From Campylobacteraceae bacterium (GTDB lineage Bacteria; Campylobacterota; Campylobacteria; Campylobacterales; Campylobacteraceae): 59,964 nt of DNA. Shown here piece by piece: positions 10,557 through 19,945 of this stretch. The notes under the pieces were generated by a model. That model ran no database searches. It was not told the origin of the DNA and saw only the letters and a program-made list of their open reading frames with translations. Made by a program: the position numbers and the translations under genes. The stretch covers positions 1-59,964 of the forward strand of contig JAIRSJ010000095.1 of the NCBI GenBank assembly GCA_031255525.1. Direction: 5' to 3'. The stretch's first letter is position 1; each line of letters begins with the position of its first letter.

Positions 10557-11570
10557 CTATTTTTGTTCAAATAAGCCTGTATTTAGAGGTGTAAGCTTAA
10601 AAAGATCGTAACATTTTGGGGTTGCCACACGTCCACGCGCCGTTCTTTCAATATATCCCGTAGCTATCAAATAAGGCTCTATCACATCTTCAACTGTTCC
10701 TTCATCTTCGCTTAAAGCCGCCGCTATAGTATTTAAACCTATAGGTCGCCCTTTTGCATTAAGCAAGGTTTGCAAAAATCTTATATCCATTTCATCAAAT
10801 CCCTGTTCATCTACACCAAGTTCACTGAGTCCATACTCCGTGCGTTCTTTCGAGATGAACTCTTCGTTGTGTATTTGAGCAAAGTCGCGCATGCGTTTTA
10901 ATAATCTCAAAGCTATTCTGGGTGTTCCTCTACATCTTTTTGCCATCTCTTGCGCGGCATCTTCTTTGCATGTGAAATTAAGTCTAAGAGAGGCTTTTTT
11001 GATTATTTTGCTCAACTCTTCATGCGAATAAAACTGCAGTCTAAAATGCATACCGAATCTATCTCTCAACGGCGAGCTTATCATGCCTGCTCTGGTTGTA
11101 GCACCTATAAGCGTAAAGCGCGGCAAATCTATCTTTATGGTTTGCGCTGCAGGTCCGCTTCCTATAATAATATCGAGTCTAAAATCCTCCATAGCAGGAT
11201 ATAAAATCTCTTCAATGGCCGAAGAGAGTCTGTGAATCTCGTCAATAAACAGCACATCGCCTTCTTGAAGATTTGTCAAAATCGCCGCTAAATCTCCACT
11301 TTTTTCTATCATAGGAGCAGCTGTTATTTTGATATTCGTATTCATTTCAGCCGCTATCAGATGTGCCAATGTGGTTTTGCCAAGTCCGGGAGGTCCGAAA
11401 AAAAGCACATGGTCTAAACTCTCGCTCCTTTTTTTGGATGCTTCTATAAATACTCGCAAATTTTTCTTGATCTTATCTTGCCCTATATAATCATCCCAAG
11501 ATTTCGGACGCAGCGAATTTTCATACTCATTATCAAATTTTATTTTTTCTATCTCAACGACTCTTTCCAT
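10557..11570 (-). CDS. ruvB: Holliday junction branch migration helicase RuvB
   Basis: [12 protein letters not shown], Walker [10 protein letters not shown], Walker [20 protein letters not shown] at 11570 preferred; the track uses a TTG at 11582. Confidence 0.95.
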   Translation of the reverse strand: MERVVEIEKIKFDNEYENSLRPKSWDDYIGQDKIKKNLRVFIEASKKRSESLDHVLFFGPPGLGKTTLAHLIAAEMNTNIKITAAPMIEKSGDLAAILTNLQEGDVLFIDEIHRLSSAIEEILYPAMEDFRLDIIIGSGPAAQTIKIDLPRFTLIGATTRAGMISSPLRDRFGMHFRLQFYSHEELSKIIKKASLRLNFTCKEDAAQEMAKRCRGTPRIALRLLKRMRDFAQIHNEEFISKERTEYGLSELGVDEQGFDEMDIRFLQTLLNAKGRPIGLNTIAAALSEDEGTVEDVIEPYLIATGYIERTARGRVATPKCYDLFKLTPLNTGLFEQK

Positions 11571-11578
11571 AGTTTTAC

Positions 11579-12361
11579 TCAATAAATAAATTCATCATTT
11601 GGAAATTTTCCACTCTTTACATCTTCCGCGTATTGCTCAACCGCCTTTTTAACCAAATCAGCACCGTTTAAATACTGCTTTACAAATTTTGGTCTGAATT
11701 TCTCAAAAAATCCCAACATATCGCTCCAAACAAGCACTTGTCCGTCTGTATATCTGCCGGCTCCTATACCGATAACGGGTATACTCACGGCTTTAGTTAC
11801 AGCTTTTCCCGCATCTTCCTTTACCCCTTCAAGAACTATACAAAAAGCTCCTGCGTCTTCAATAGCACGCGCATCGTCAATCAATTTTTGAGTACTCTCG
11901 TCATCTTTGCCTTTTATCTTAAAACCGCCTTCGCTTCTGACAAATTGTGGCATAAGCCCGATATGCCCCATAACCGCTATAGAGTTTCGTGTAAGAGATT
12001 TTACGATATTAGCGCGCTCTTTTCCGCCCTCTATTTTGACGGCGTTAGAGTTAGTTTCTTGATAAATTCTTGTGCAATTTTTGAGTGCGGCCTGTTCGCT
12101 AAGATAAGCACCAAAAGGCATGTCGGTAATGACAAAAGTATCGGGTGCACCCTTGCATACGGCTTTTGTATGGTAAATCATCATATCCGTGGAAACCGAA
12201 AGTGTGTCGCCGGCGTAGTTAAAACTCATATTTAAACTATCGCCTACCAAAATCATATCCGTTTTATTGTTAAAAATTGCAGCAAAAAGTGCATCGTAGG
12301 CTGTTATCATAACAAGCTTTTCGCTGTTTTTAGCATTTTTTATGGAAGTTATAGTTCTCAT
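11579..12361 (-). CDS. panB: 3-methyl-2-oxobutanoate hydroxymethyltransferase
   Basis: 260 aa. MITAYD...LVGDSL...TDMPFG...VKIEGG...GHIGLMPQ, typical PanB blocks. Confidence 0.95.
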   Translation of the reverse strand: MRTITSIKNAKNSEKLVMITAYDALFAAIFNNKTDMILVGDSLNMSFNYAGDTLSVSTDMMIYHTKAVCKGAPDTFVITDMPFGAYLSEQAALKNCTRIYQETNSNAVKIEGGKERANIVKSLTRNSIAVMGHIGLMPQFVRSEGGFKIKGKDDESTQKLIDDARAIEDAGAFCIVLEGVKEDAGKAVTKAVSIPVIGIGAGRYTDGQVLVWSDMLGFFEKFRPKFVKQYLNGADLVKKAVEQYAEDVKSGKFPNDEFIY

Positions 12362-12480
12362 TTCAAACTTATCCTTTGTGTTCGTACAACAAAATCACAT
12401 TTAAAATGTTACAATTATATCCATAAAAAACAGCAAAAGAGTTAAAATCTTTAGACTGCATATAGGCAAACGGAGATAAA

Positions 12481-13221
12481 TTGAAACGGTTGGTTGCATA
12501 TATCACATCAGGATATCCCGATGTAAATTTCAGTATAGATACGGCTTTAGCACTCAAAGACGCGGGAGCAGATATAATAGAACTTGGGGTTCCATTCTCA
12601 GACCCGGTAGCCGATGGAGCAATTATAGAAGAAGCGAATCTTAAAGCTTTAAAAGGCGGCTTCAAAACAGAGTGGCTTTTTAAGATTTCGGAAGAAATTG
12701 CACCTAAAATTTCTACATTTTGGATGGGATATTTCAATCCTTTTTATCACAAAGGTATCGATTATTTTGCCGCAAAAGCAAAAAAGTGCGGAGTAGATGG
12801 GTTTATTATTCCTGATTTACCTTTTGAAGAGGCGATGCCCTATAAACATCTTTTGGAAGGAATGGGATTAAACCTTATCAATTTTGTAGCTCCTACGCAC
12901 TCAAAAGAGAGGATAGAAAAAATTGTCAAAGATTCTTTGGGATTTATCTATCTTGTGGCTTACGCCGGCATAACCGGAAGCAAAACAAAAGAAGATTTAA
13001 GCGAAATCGTAAAAAGTATAAAAGACTGTACCAATACACCGGTATTTGTAGGTTTTGGCGTTGATGAAAAGAGCGCGAAGACTAAAGCCAAAGGCGTTGA
13101 TGGAGTTATTGTTGGAAGCGCATTTATAAAAATACTTTTGGATGAGAGCTTGACTAAAACACAAAAAATAGATAGAATTTCCCTCCTTGCCCGCAATATC
13201 AAAGAGATAATCAACGAATAA
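12481..13221 (+). CDS. trpA: tryptophan synthase alpha chain
   Basis: TTG start after GGAG. IELGVPFSDPVADGAIIE (catalytic Glu/Asp context) and GFGV...GVIVGSA. Confidence 0.92.
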   Translation: MKRLVAYITSGYPDVNFSIDTALALKDAGADIIELGVPFSDPVADGAIIEEANLKALKGGFKTEWLFKISEEIAPKISTFWMGYFNPFYHKGIDYFAAKAKKCGVDGFIIPDLPFEEAMPYKHLLEGMGLNLINFVAPTHSKERIEKIVKDSLGFIYLVAYAGITGSKTKEDLSEIVKSIKDCTNTPVFVGFGVDEKSAKTKAKGVDGVIVGSAFIKILLDESLTKTQKIDRISLLARNIKEIINE

Positions 13222-13232
13222 CGGGTTTTTAT

Positions 13233-13608
13233 GGGAGTGACTTGGCTTCGACAGGAGCAAGTTGGTTTTGACTGCATGCCGCTTTGAACAGAGCGCAAAA
13301 AGTTCATTAAATTTAGACGCAAATAACAAAAATTTCGCTCCCGCTTACGCAAAAGTCGCGTAAGTTTCATCCTTAAAGGGAGGCTTCGCACCGCAGATGC
13401 TATCTATGCGGATTTTGTGAGGCTCGTAAAACAGATAGCTTGATTTGGCGCTTAGCTAACGTCAAATTGAAATCTAAGCTTGCGCTTTTGTGTAGTTTTC
13501 GCGGATTGAATCAAGCAAAAGCAAAGCCTTAATCAATCCTTCTAAGCATGTAGACGTTGGGATGGGACTTGTTTTTGGACAGGGGTTCGATTCCCCTCAC
13601 TTCCACCA
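13233..13608 (+). ncRNA. ssrA: tmRNA (SsrA)
   Basis: 5' GGGAGUGACUUGGCUUCGACAGG pairs with 3' CACUUCC-ACCA (the G3:U pair is present). T-arm GGGGUUCGAUUCCCC. Tag ORF from GCA 13319 to TAA 13361-13363 encodes ANNKNFAPAYAKVA, close to the Campylobacter/Helicobacter ...APAYAKAA tags. Confidence 0.92.
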
Positions 13609-14143
13609 GAAAATCTTTTATATTATTTCGATAAAAGTCTTGGATATTGGCTTTTTGACCTCATCATTTACTTCAAATAATCTTATATATTTTAAACGTA
13701 ATTTTAAAAGCAATAATAAAGCAAGTTTGCGTGATTTTTCAAAATCATTCGCTTTTCAAAAAATATTAATGTATTAAAAACTATTAAATTTATTACAAAA
13801 ATTTAAGTTAAAAATACTAAACTGAAAGAGAAGCCGCAAAATATTTAATGACGACAAATAATTAGTGTAACAAAAAATATTTTAGATCAATAAATTCTTT
13901 CAAAAACAATCTATTAAACGGTATTTAAATCAACTGAAATTTCTCTTATAGTTTCTCGAAAAATAGAGATCGTAATCGACACTCTGGTAATTTGGGTGTT
14001 TTCTTGCCGTTTTATTATTTTGCATACAATAGTTTGAGATAAAAATAACATTAAATTTTAGATTTTTTGAAAAATATTCTTACGGCTTTAAATACATTTG
14101 TAATAAATAATTTTTAATCATAAACTTAAAAAAATATCTTTTA

Positions 14144-14152
14144 TGATATAAT
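14144..14152 (+). promoter_or_regulatory. extended -10 promoter element for the T2SS operon
   Basis: TGATATAAT sits 29 nt upstream of the gspG TTG start, preceded by T-rich DNA as in Campylobacter sigma70 promoters. Confidence 0.4.
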
Positions 14153-14180
14153 TCACAGAAATAAAAATAGGAATTTAAAA

Positions 14181-14600
14181 TTGAGAAAAGCATTCACACT
14201 TATGGAGCTCATGGTAGTTATCATGATATTGGGACTTCTCACGGCCATTGTTGTACCGAATCTTGTCGGTCAAAGCGAAAGAGCGAGAAGAGATTTGGTT
14301 TGCATACAGATGAAAACGATTGGCGAATCACTCAATATGTTCAGGGCTGATTTCGGAAATTATCCACAATTAGAAGAGGGTATTGACGCTCTTATAAAAA
14401 ATCCTGATTCTTCAAAATACAAAAATTATCCCAATGGCGGATATCTCTCTGCCAAATCTACGCCGAAAGACTCCTGGGGAACAGAATATATATATGTGGT
14501 TGACAATGGAAATTTTGATATTATCTCTTTAGGCAGAGACAAGAAAGAGGGCGGAGACGGAGATGATGAGGATATATATTTTAGCAAATGTCAAGAGTAA
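14181..14600 (+). CDS. gspG: type II secretion major pseudopilin GspG
   Basis: TTG start. MRKAFTLMELMVVIMILGLL prepilin N-terminus; ...DSWGTEYIYV...ISLGRDKKEGGDGDDEDI, a GspG-type C-terminal region. Confidence 0.88.
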   Translation: MRKAFTLMELMVVIMILGLLTAIVVPNLVGQSERARRDLVCIQMKTIGESLNMFRADFGNYPQLEEGIDALIKNPDSSKYKNYPNGGYLSAKSTPKDSWGTEYIYVVDNGNFDIISLGRDKKEGGDGDDEDIYFSKCQE

Positions 14601-15121
14601 GAAGTGCGTTTACGCTTTTTGAATTATTGCTGGTTTTGTTACTAATAGTAATTTCGTACGGCTTATTTGCTCAAAATTTTTCCATGAGAACTCCCGAGGA
14701 AGAATCGGTAAAACTAGAGAAGTTAAATCTCTATCTTGCCAAAATCGGTGGAGACAAAAATCTTGTCTCTTTGAGATGTATTGACGATTGCGGCGAATGC
14801 AGACTTTTGATAAACGGCAAAGACACAAACATGACGCTTAGCATTTTTGAAAAAGACAACGCTGTAAATGCTTATTATTATGACGGCAAAAGATTAGAAA
14901 AAATAGTATTTGATGATTATTATATAGATGAATATAAAAGAGAAAAAGTTTGCTTTAGAATGGATATTTATCCGAACGGCAGCAATGATAAATTAGTTTT
15001 GGATTATAAAGGAAAAGTATATTTATTTGAAAATTACATGGAAAGCGGAAGAGTATTTGATACCGTAGCAAATACGCAGAATTTTTTAGAGAAATACCAA
15101 CTCGAGGCGAGAGGACGATAA
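14588..15121 (+). CDS. minor pseudopilin, GspH-like by size and position
   Basis: MSRVRSAFTLFELLLVLLLIV prepilin-type N-terminus. 177 aa. Overlaps gspG by 13 nt. Confidence 0.6.
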   Translation: MSRVRSAFTLFELLLVLLLIVISYGLFAQNFSMRTPEEESVKLEKLNLYLAKIGGDKNLVSLRCIDDCGECRLLINGKDTNMTLSIFEKDNAVNAYYYDGKRLEKIVFDDYYIDEYKREKVCFRMDIYPNGSNDKLVLDYKGKVYLFENYMESGRVFDTVANTQNFLEKYQLEARGR

Positions 15122-15124
15122 AAA

Positions 15125-16339
15125 TTGATATTTAAATATTCGGGAATAGACGGGTCCGGCGGCAAAGTAAATTCTAAAATAGAAGCTTCGGACTTAGACG
15201 ATGCGAAGCGGAGATTAAAAGCTCAAGGCATTATTTACAAAAAACTACAAGAGGATAGTTTTACGCTTTTGAGTAAATTTACTTTTAAAAGAAGATATAA
15301 AATTTCTTCAGGTGAACTCGCCGTATTTAGTCGCGATATAAGCATATATTTAAAATCCGGAATATCTTTAGTCGACGCCGTAACACTCTCTTCAAATCAA
15401 TACGCTAAAAACAAAAAAATGCTGCTTTTTTTAAAGAGTATAAAAACAGCTTTGGACGAGGGGAAAAATTTCTATTTCGCGCTTGAAAACCAAAACGTTA
15501 TAATTTTGCCGAATTTTTACAAACAATCCATAAAAGTATCGGAAGATAGCGGCATATTGACAGATATTCTACTGGAACTGTCGCGTTTTTTAAAAGAACA
15601 AGAGAGGTTGGAAAAGCAGGTGCAAAATGCATTTGCATACCCTGTTTTTATCTTGATAGTCTCTTGCTTTATGGTGGGTTTCATGGTAACTTATATAGTT
15701 CCTAAAATCAGCTCCATATTTGAACAGATGGATCAAGAGTTGCCAAAAATCACGCAAATAGTAATATCTACCGGAAATTGGATGTCAAACAATTGGTTCT
15801 ATCTTGCCGCAGGGTTGTTTTTGTTTGTTTTTGCTTTTAAATTTATCCTAAAAACAAGCTTAAAGGCAAAATATAGATTTGACATGCTTATGTTAAAACT
15901 GCCATTTTTTGGCAAAATAATACGATCATCCGAACTGGGACGTTTTACATATGTCGCTTCGATTTTGATTAGATCCGGTGTGCCTTTTGTCAAAACGGTA
16001 AGGCTTGGTGCGGGTATTTTGAAAAACAGTGTTATTGCTGATGTATTTGAAAAAGCTTCATTGAAAGTTGTAGAGGGTTCGCGTCTATCGGCAGCGCTTG
16101 TAAAAAGCGGTTTTGAATCCGACAACTCTTTTGTGCAAGCTATCACATTAGGGGAAGAGACGAGCGAGGTTGCTATGGTTTTACAAAACATGTCGGAACT
16201 ATATTTTGAAGAAAATAAAGACAAAATAGCACTTTTTCTATCTCTCTTGGAGCCTATGCTGATGTTGATTGTCGGCGGAATTATCGGATTTATAGTAACT
16301 TCGATGTTGCTTCCCATATTTTCCATAAACGTTTCGTGA
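15125..16339 (+). CDS. gspF: type II secretion inner-membrane platform protein GspF
   Basis: TTG start, 404 aa, three TM segments. C-terminal LLEPMLMLIVGGIIGFIV block typical of the GspF/PilC family. Confidence 0.88.
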   Translation: MIFKYSGIDGSGGKVNSKIEASDLDDAKRRLKAQGIIYKKLQEDSFTLLSKFTFKRRYKISSGELAVFSRDISIYLKSGISLVDAVTLSSNQYAKNKKMLLFLKSIKTALDEGKNFYFALENQNVIILPNFYKQSIKVSEDSGILTDILLELSRFLKEQERLEKQVQNAFAYPVFILIVSCFMVGFMVTYIVPKISSIFEQMDQELPKITQIVISTGNWMSNNWFYLAAGLFLFVFAFKFILKTSLKAKYRFDMLMLKLPFFGKIIRSSELGRFTYVASILIRSGVPFVKTVRLGAGILKNSVIADVFEKASLKVVEGSRLSAALVKSGFESDNSFVQAITLGEETSEVAMVLQNMSELYFEENKDKIALFLSLLEPMLMLIVGGIIGFIVTSMLLPIFSINVS

Positions 16340-16346
16340 GCCTTGC

Positions 16347-17240
16347 ATGTGCGGATTAGATAGAAAAGGTATCGTACTGCTTACCACAGTAGGACTTATT
16401 TTGATGCTCTCACTGCTTATCCTAAAAAGCATAGACGTTTCGCAAAAATATTTTGAAAGAGCAAACGATAGAAGTTTGTTTGTGCAACTCAACAGAAGCT
16501 TTCTCGATATTTTGGCGATTTTGCAAAAGAATTCACAAAACGTAAAAGATGCGCAAAGTCTCTCCACCATAGTCGGGCTTCCCATAATACTTAATACTGA
16601 TAGCGGCGATATAAACGTTATGATAGAGATAGCTTCTGCCGGCAGTGTTATAAATATTAACAATCTTATTTTAAGCAATAATGATATAAATGAACCTTTG
16701 TATAATTTTTTGCAAAATATTTTATATGAATACAGAGTTACAAATTCAAATTTTTTTTTATCCGTGCTGCTTGATGCTATAGATAAAGATAAAAATGAGA
16801 GAACATACGCAAGTGAAGCGGCTTTGCAAAGTTACAAATTTAGCGATGGAGGCATAAATTCAAAAGAGTCGTTTAGCTACCTTTTGGACTATTTCGTAGC
16901 AAATGGAGGAGATGCTAAGATATATAATGTTCCATGGGAAGAAATTGTAGGTTTTTTTGGTAAAGATATAGATTTTAATTATATAAAAGAACCTTTGTTT
17001 ACTTTAATAAAAAAAGAGTATAATTTGCATTCACTAACGCAAGATGAAATTATAAGTTCTTATGATGAGTTAGCAATTTCCGCAAGTGATAAAAATAAAC
17101 TTAGAGCTTTAAATATCGGATTTTTTTCGCCCAGAATATTTTGCAGTATGAGTTTTTTTTATTCAGGACAGACAAAGTTACTTAATTTTTTGTATGACAT
17201 GGAGACGAAAAAGGTGGATTATATTGAAACGATTTTTTGA
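16347..17240 (+). CDS. GspK-like minor pseudopilin
   Basis: 297 aa. N-terminal RKGIVLLTTVGLILMLSLLIL hydrophobic segment without the conserved Glu5, as in GspK. Size and operon context fit. Confidence 0.5.
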   Translation: MCGLDRKGIVLLTTVGLILMLSLLILKSIDVSQKYFERANDRSLFVQLNRSFLDILAILQKNSQNVKDAQSLSTIVGLPIILNTDSGDINVMIEIASAGSVININNLILSNNDINEPLYNFLQNILYEYRVTNSNFFLSVLLDAIDKDKNERTYASEAALQSYKFSDGGINSKESFSYLLDYFVANGGDAKIYNVPWEEIVGFFGKDIDFNYIKEPLFTLIKKEYNLHSLTQDEIISSYDELAISASDKNKLRALNIGFFSPRIFCSMSFFYSGQTKLLNFLYDMETKKVDYIETIF

Positions 17241-18237
17241 TATTTTGCGCTACAAAACGGCGCCTTTAATAGATGCTTTTAAACAAAGATACTATGATAA
17301 ATTCGGTAAAACACACAGTTATAAAGTGGTATTTGCAGATACAAAACATATAGAATCGGATGATTTGGGCATGTTTGATATTGTTCTATCTCCGAAATAT
17401 TATTGGACAAAGATAGAAAATCTTCCCGTAAAATATACATTTCAAGCAAAAGAGTATGCCCCTTCCGTATTTGACGGTTTTATCCCAAAAGGTGACTATT
17501 CCTATAAAGCCATAAAGCAAAACGGCAAATTTTTACTTTTTGCGTATGATGCCAAAAATATATTGGAAAATTTAGAAGCTCTTGGTATTAAGCTTACTCA
17601 TGTGCGCAATATATATTTTGCACAGACAGAATTTATAGACTATCCCTCCGCCATTAAGATAGATAATGAAAGTGTTTTAATAACACATAGCGAAAAAGTC
17701 GTAAAAGTGCCGCTTTCGTTGGCAAAAGAGTATGTAGGTATAAATAAAGTTTTACAAACTCTGAAACTTTCAAAAAATATCATTAAGCTCGGAAAATTTA
17801 ACCGTTTTTATGAAAAACAAGGAGCGCTCAGGGGCATCATATATGTCTTAGTGTTTTTGATAGTAGTTTTTTTCGCAGAGCTATTGTATCTTTCGCATAT
17901 ATTAAGTTCTCAAGAAGCCCAAAAAGATAAAATCTTGAAGCAGTACTCTCTACCATCTACAGAGATTCAATTAAATGCGCTTTTAAATCAGCAGGATAGA
18001 ATAAACAAGCAACAAAAGGCTATCAGAGAAAACGTGAGTAAAATCTTTAAACTTCCATTATTGGAAGGCGAGTATATTAAAAGCATAGAGGCAAATCAGA
18101 TGCAAATCTCTCTCGTACTGCACGTAAATGATAAAAACAGGTCAAATATCGTTAGAAACTACTTCCAAAGATCTTTTATCATGGATGAATTCAGAGACGA
18201 TACCAATGATATCGGGATAAAGTTACGCTATGAATAA
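17194..18237 (+). CDS. GspL-like bitopic assembly-platform protein
   Basis: 347 aa with one central TM segment (GIIYVLVFLIVVFFAELLYL) separating about 225 aa from about 100 aa. An alternative TTG start lies at 17224. Assigned by topology and position only. Confidence 0.45.
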   Translation: MTWRRKRWIILKRFFDILRYKTAPLIDAFKQRYYDKFGKTHSYKVVFADTKHIESDDLGMFDIVLSPKYYWTKIENLPVKYTFQAKEYAPSVFDGFIPKGDYSYKAIKQNGKFLLFAYDAKNILENLEALGIKLTHVRNIYFAQTEFIDYPSAIKIDNESVLITHSEKVVKVPLSLAKEYVGINKVLQTLKLSKNIIKLGKFNRFYEKQGALRGIIYVLVFLIVVFFAELLYLSHILSSQEAQKDKILKQYSLPSTEIQLNALLNQQDRINKQQKAIRENVSKIFKLPLLEGEYIKSIEANQMQISLVLHVNDKNRSNIVRNYFQRSFIMDEFRDDTNDIGIKLRYE

Positions 18238-18613
18238 AATAAATCCTTTAATTTTAACATCGGTGTTGGTTCTGGTTTTGCTGATCATGGCATATAACAT
18301 TTCGCACTCAAAAGATGAGATCAAAGAGAACAATACGGCTATTTTGGCACTTGATAACAATGCCAAAAAGATAATGTATTCGAAAAAAGTTTGGGACAAA
18401 ACAAATCTTGAAGGAAAACTAAAAGCGGTTTTTGGAGCAGACACATTAAGTGATAAAGGAAAAGTTTTCGAGATAAAATTGTCACTTTTAACGCACGAAC
18501 AAGTAGACGATATAGCCAAAAAAGCATTTAACGAAGCTTTTGAGATAGAAAAATTTGAGATTGCGATAGATTCTAACGGCAGATCTTCCGTTGTTTTGGA
18601 GATAACAAAATGA
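18230..18613 (+). CDS. GspM-like bitopic protein
   Basis: 127 aa, with an N-terminal TM segment (LILTSVLVLVLLIMAY) and a roughly 100-aa periplasmic domain. Overlaps both neighbours (8 nt and 4 nt). Confidence 0.4.
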   Translation: MNKINPLILTSVLVLVLLIMAYNISHSKDEIKENNTAILALDNNAKKIMYSKKVWDKTNLEGKLKAVFGADTLSDKGKVFEIKLSLLTHEQVDDIAKKAFNEAFEIEKFEIAIDSNGRSSVVLEITK

Positions 18614-19146
18614 GAGTTTTGAAGTACTTAAAGTATATACTGATGATTGTGCTGTTTTTTTATATTGTCATACTATTTTTGCCCAAAGAGAACTTTTATT
18701 TTTTTTTAGAACATAAACTTTTCAAAGACAATATTGTGCTCAGCAATGAGAGCCTGAAGGATGTTGGCGGTATTTTGCAAATAAACGATGTGTTTGTGAC
18801 GAGTGCAGGCGATGAAATCGCGCAGATAGACGAGATAACAATCCTGCCGTTTATTTTGTATAACGAAGTCGACGTTAAAAACTTGCATCTTGCCAAGAGA
18901 TTTGAAGGTGCGCTTCCGAGTAAAATTGATGAGGCAAGTTTCAAGGCAACTCTCTTTTATCCAATAAAAATTTGGATAAAACTAAAAGGTGATTTTGGCG
19001 ACATAGACGGCAGTTATAACGTATATAGCAAAACAGTCCGTTTGGTTTTGAAACCGCAAGAAAATTTTAAGCAAAAGTATCCGCTTATCTATGCAAAATT
19101 TCAAAATATAGATGGGGAGTTGGTATATGAATCGTCTCTTAAATAA
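18610..19146 (+). CDS. GspN-position bitopic protein (function unassigned)
   Basis: 178 aa, N-terminal TM segment (ILMIVLFFYIVILFL). Coupled to its neighbours. I recognise no motif. Confidence 0.35.
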   Translation: MRVLKYLKYILMIVLFFYIVILFLPKENFYFFLEHKLFKDNIVLSNESLKDVGGILQINDVFVTSAGDEIAQIDEITILPFILYNEVDVKNLHLAKRFEGALPSKIDEASFKATLFYPIKIWIKLKGDFGDIDGSYNVYSKTVRLVLKPQENFKQKYPLIYAKFQNIDGELVYESSLK

Positions 19147-19945
19147 TAAAACATTAAAGTTTGTCTTTAAAATTTTAATTTGTGTAGCCGTAGCAAAAAG
19201 TATAGCTTTGATCTTTTTTATTTTCCTTCCAAAAAGCGGAGTCGATGTCGGTTATAGCGACAACAATGTTATAAATTTCAACGCTTATAATCCAAGCCGT
19301 ACAAATCAATCCGTTGTCTCAAATACTCAAACCCGACAAGTAAATAATTTAAAGCTTTTGGCAATATATAAAGAAAGTGATGGCAAAAGCGCTTTTGTCG
19401 TTATCAATGACGGCGTCTCTTCGGAAGTATTAAAAATAGGCGATACATATAAACAATACCGTATAGATGAAATAATGCCTGATGGCGTTTTTCTTTTGGA
19501 AGACGGCAGAAAGGTATGGATTGGTTTTGCAAAAAGCACATTAAACTCTTTTGCCGCATCTACACAGCCAAACAATAGACCTGCCAATACAGGTATCAGA
19601 CAGCAGCTTCAACAGCCAAATGAAGAGTATACGAGTATCATAAAAAGAAGCGAAGTAGATGAGCTTATGACAAATCCCGATGCACTATTTAAAAATATAG
19701 GTTTTAAAGAAGTCGTGAAGAATGGGAAATTGGACGGTTTTAGAATCACCAGCATTAACAGAAACTCTCCCTTGGCAAAACTTGGCCTTCGCTCGGGAGA
19801 TGTTATACAGAGCTTTAATGGAATCAGACTTGATAACTATTCAGATGTTGTCGGGATTTATGATAATGCCAAATCTTACAGTAAAGTAAAATTGGAGATT
19901 ATGAGAAATAATGAAATAAAGGAGTTTGAATATGAGATTTATTAA
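19127..19945 (+). CDS. gspC: type II secretion protein GspC (TM + PDZ domain)
   Basis: GGGGAG RBS plus ATG at 19127. N-terminal TM segment and a C-terminal PDZ-like block GFRITSINRNSPLAKLGLRSGDVIQSFNGIRLDN. Confidence 0.6.
   Translation: MNRLLNNKTLKFVFKILICVAVAKSIALIFFIFLPKSGVDVGYSDNNVINFNAYNPSRTNQSVVSNTQTRQVNNLKLLAIYKESDGKSAFVVINDGVSSEVLKIGDTYKQYRIDEIMPDGVFLLEDGRKVWIGFAKSTLNSFAASTQPNNRPANTGIRQQLQQPNEEYTSIIKRSEVDELMTNPDALFKNIGFKEVVKNGKLDGFRITSINRNSPLAKLGLRSGDVIQSFNGIRLDNYSDVVGIYDNAKSYSKVKLEIMRNNEIKEFEYEIY

Noticed and set aside
12369-13391. Minus-strand ORFs 12369-12737, 12960-13391 and 12997-13329, which overlap trpA and ssrA.
   Set aside because: They are antisense to a well-supported trpA and to the tmRNA, and have no start context or recognisable protein features.
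13562-13777. 71-aa plus-strand ORF starting inside the tmRNA 3' domain.
   Set aside because: Its first 16 codons are the tmRNA T-arm and acceptor stem. The remainder is AT-rich spacer translated as low-complexity sequence.
15799-16326. 175-aa minus-strand ORF inside gspF. Similar long antisense ORFs occur at 11738-12235 (in panB), 20306-20764 and 21302-21655 (in gspD), 36041-36481 (in the Cache kinase), 43915-44331 (in the SBP gene) and 47324-47737 (in addA).
   Set aside because: Each lies wholly inside a gene whose opposite-strand product has clear family motifs. Their translations are low-complexity (Ser/Leu/Phe/Ile-rich) with no RBS. This is typical shadow-ORF behaviour in AT-rich DNA.
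16751-18707. T8-T9 homopolymers inside the gspK-like gene (16751-16759, 17153-17160) and the GspN-position gene (18699-18707), considered as slippage switches.
   Set aside because: They encode Phe-rich segments (FFL, FFY, FFL) and are expected in AT-rich coding DNA. All the frames are intact, and poly-A/T phase variation is not established for this group.
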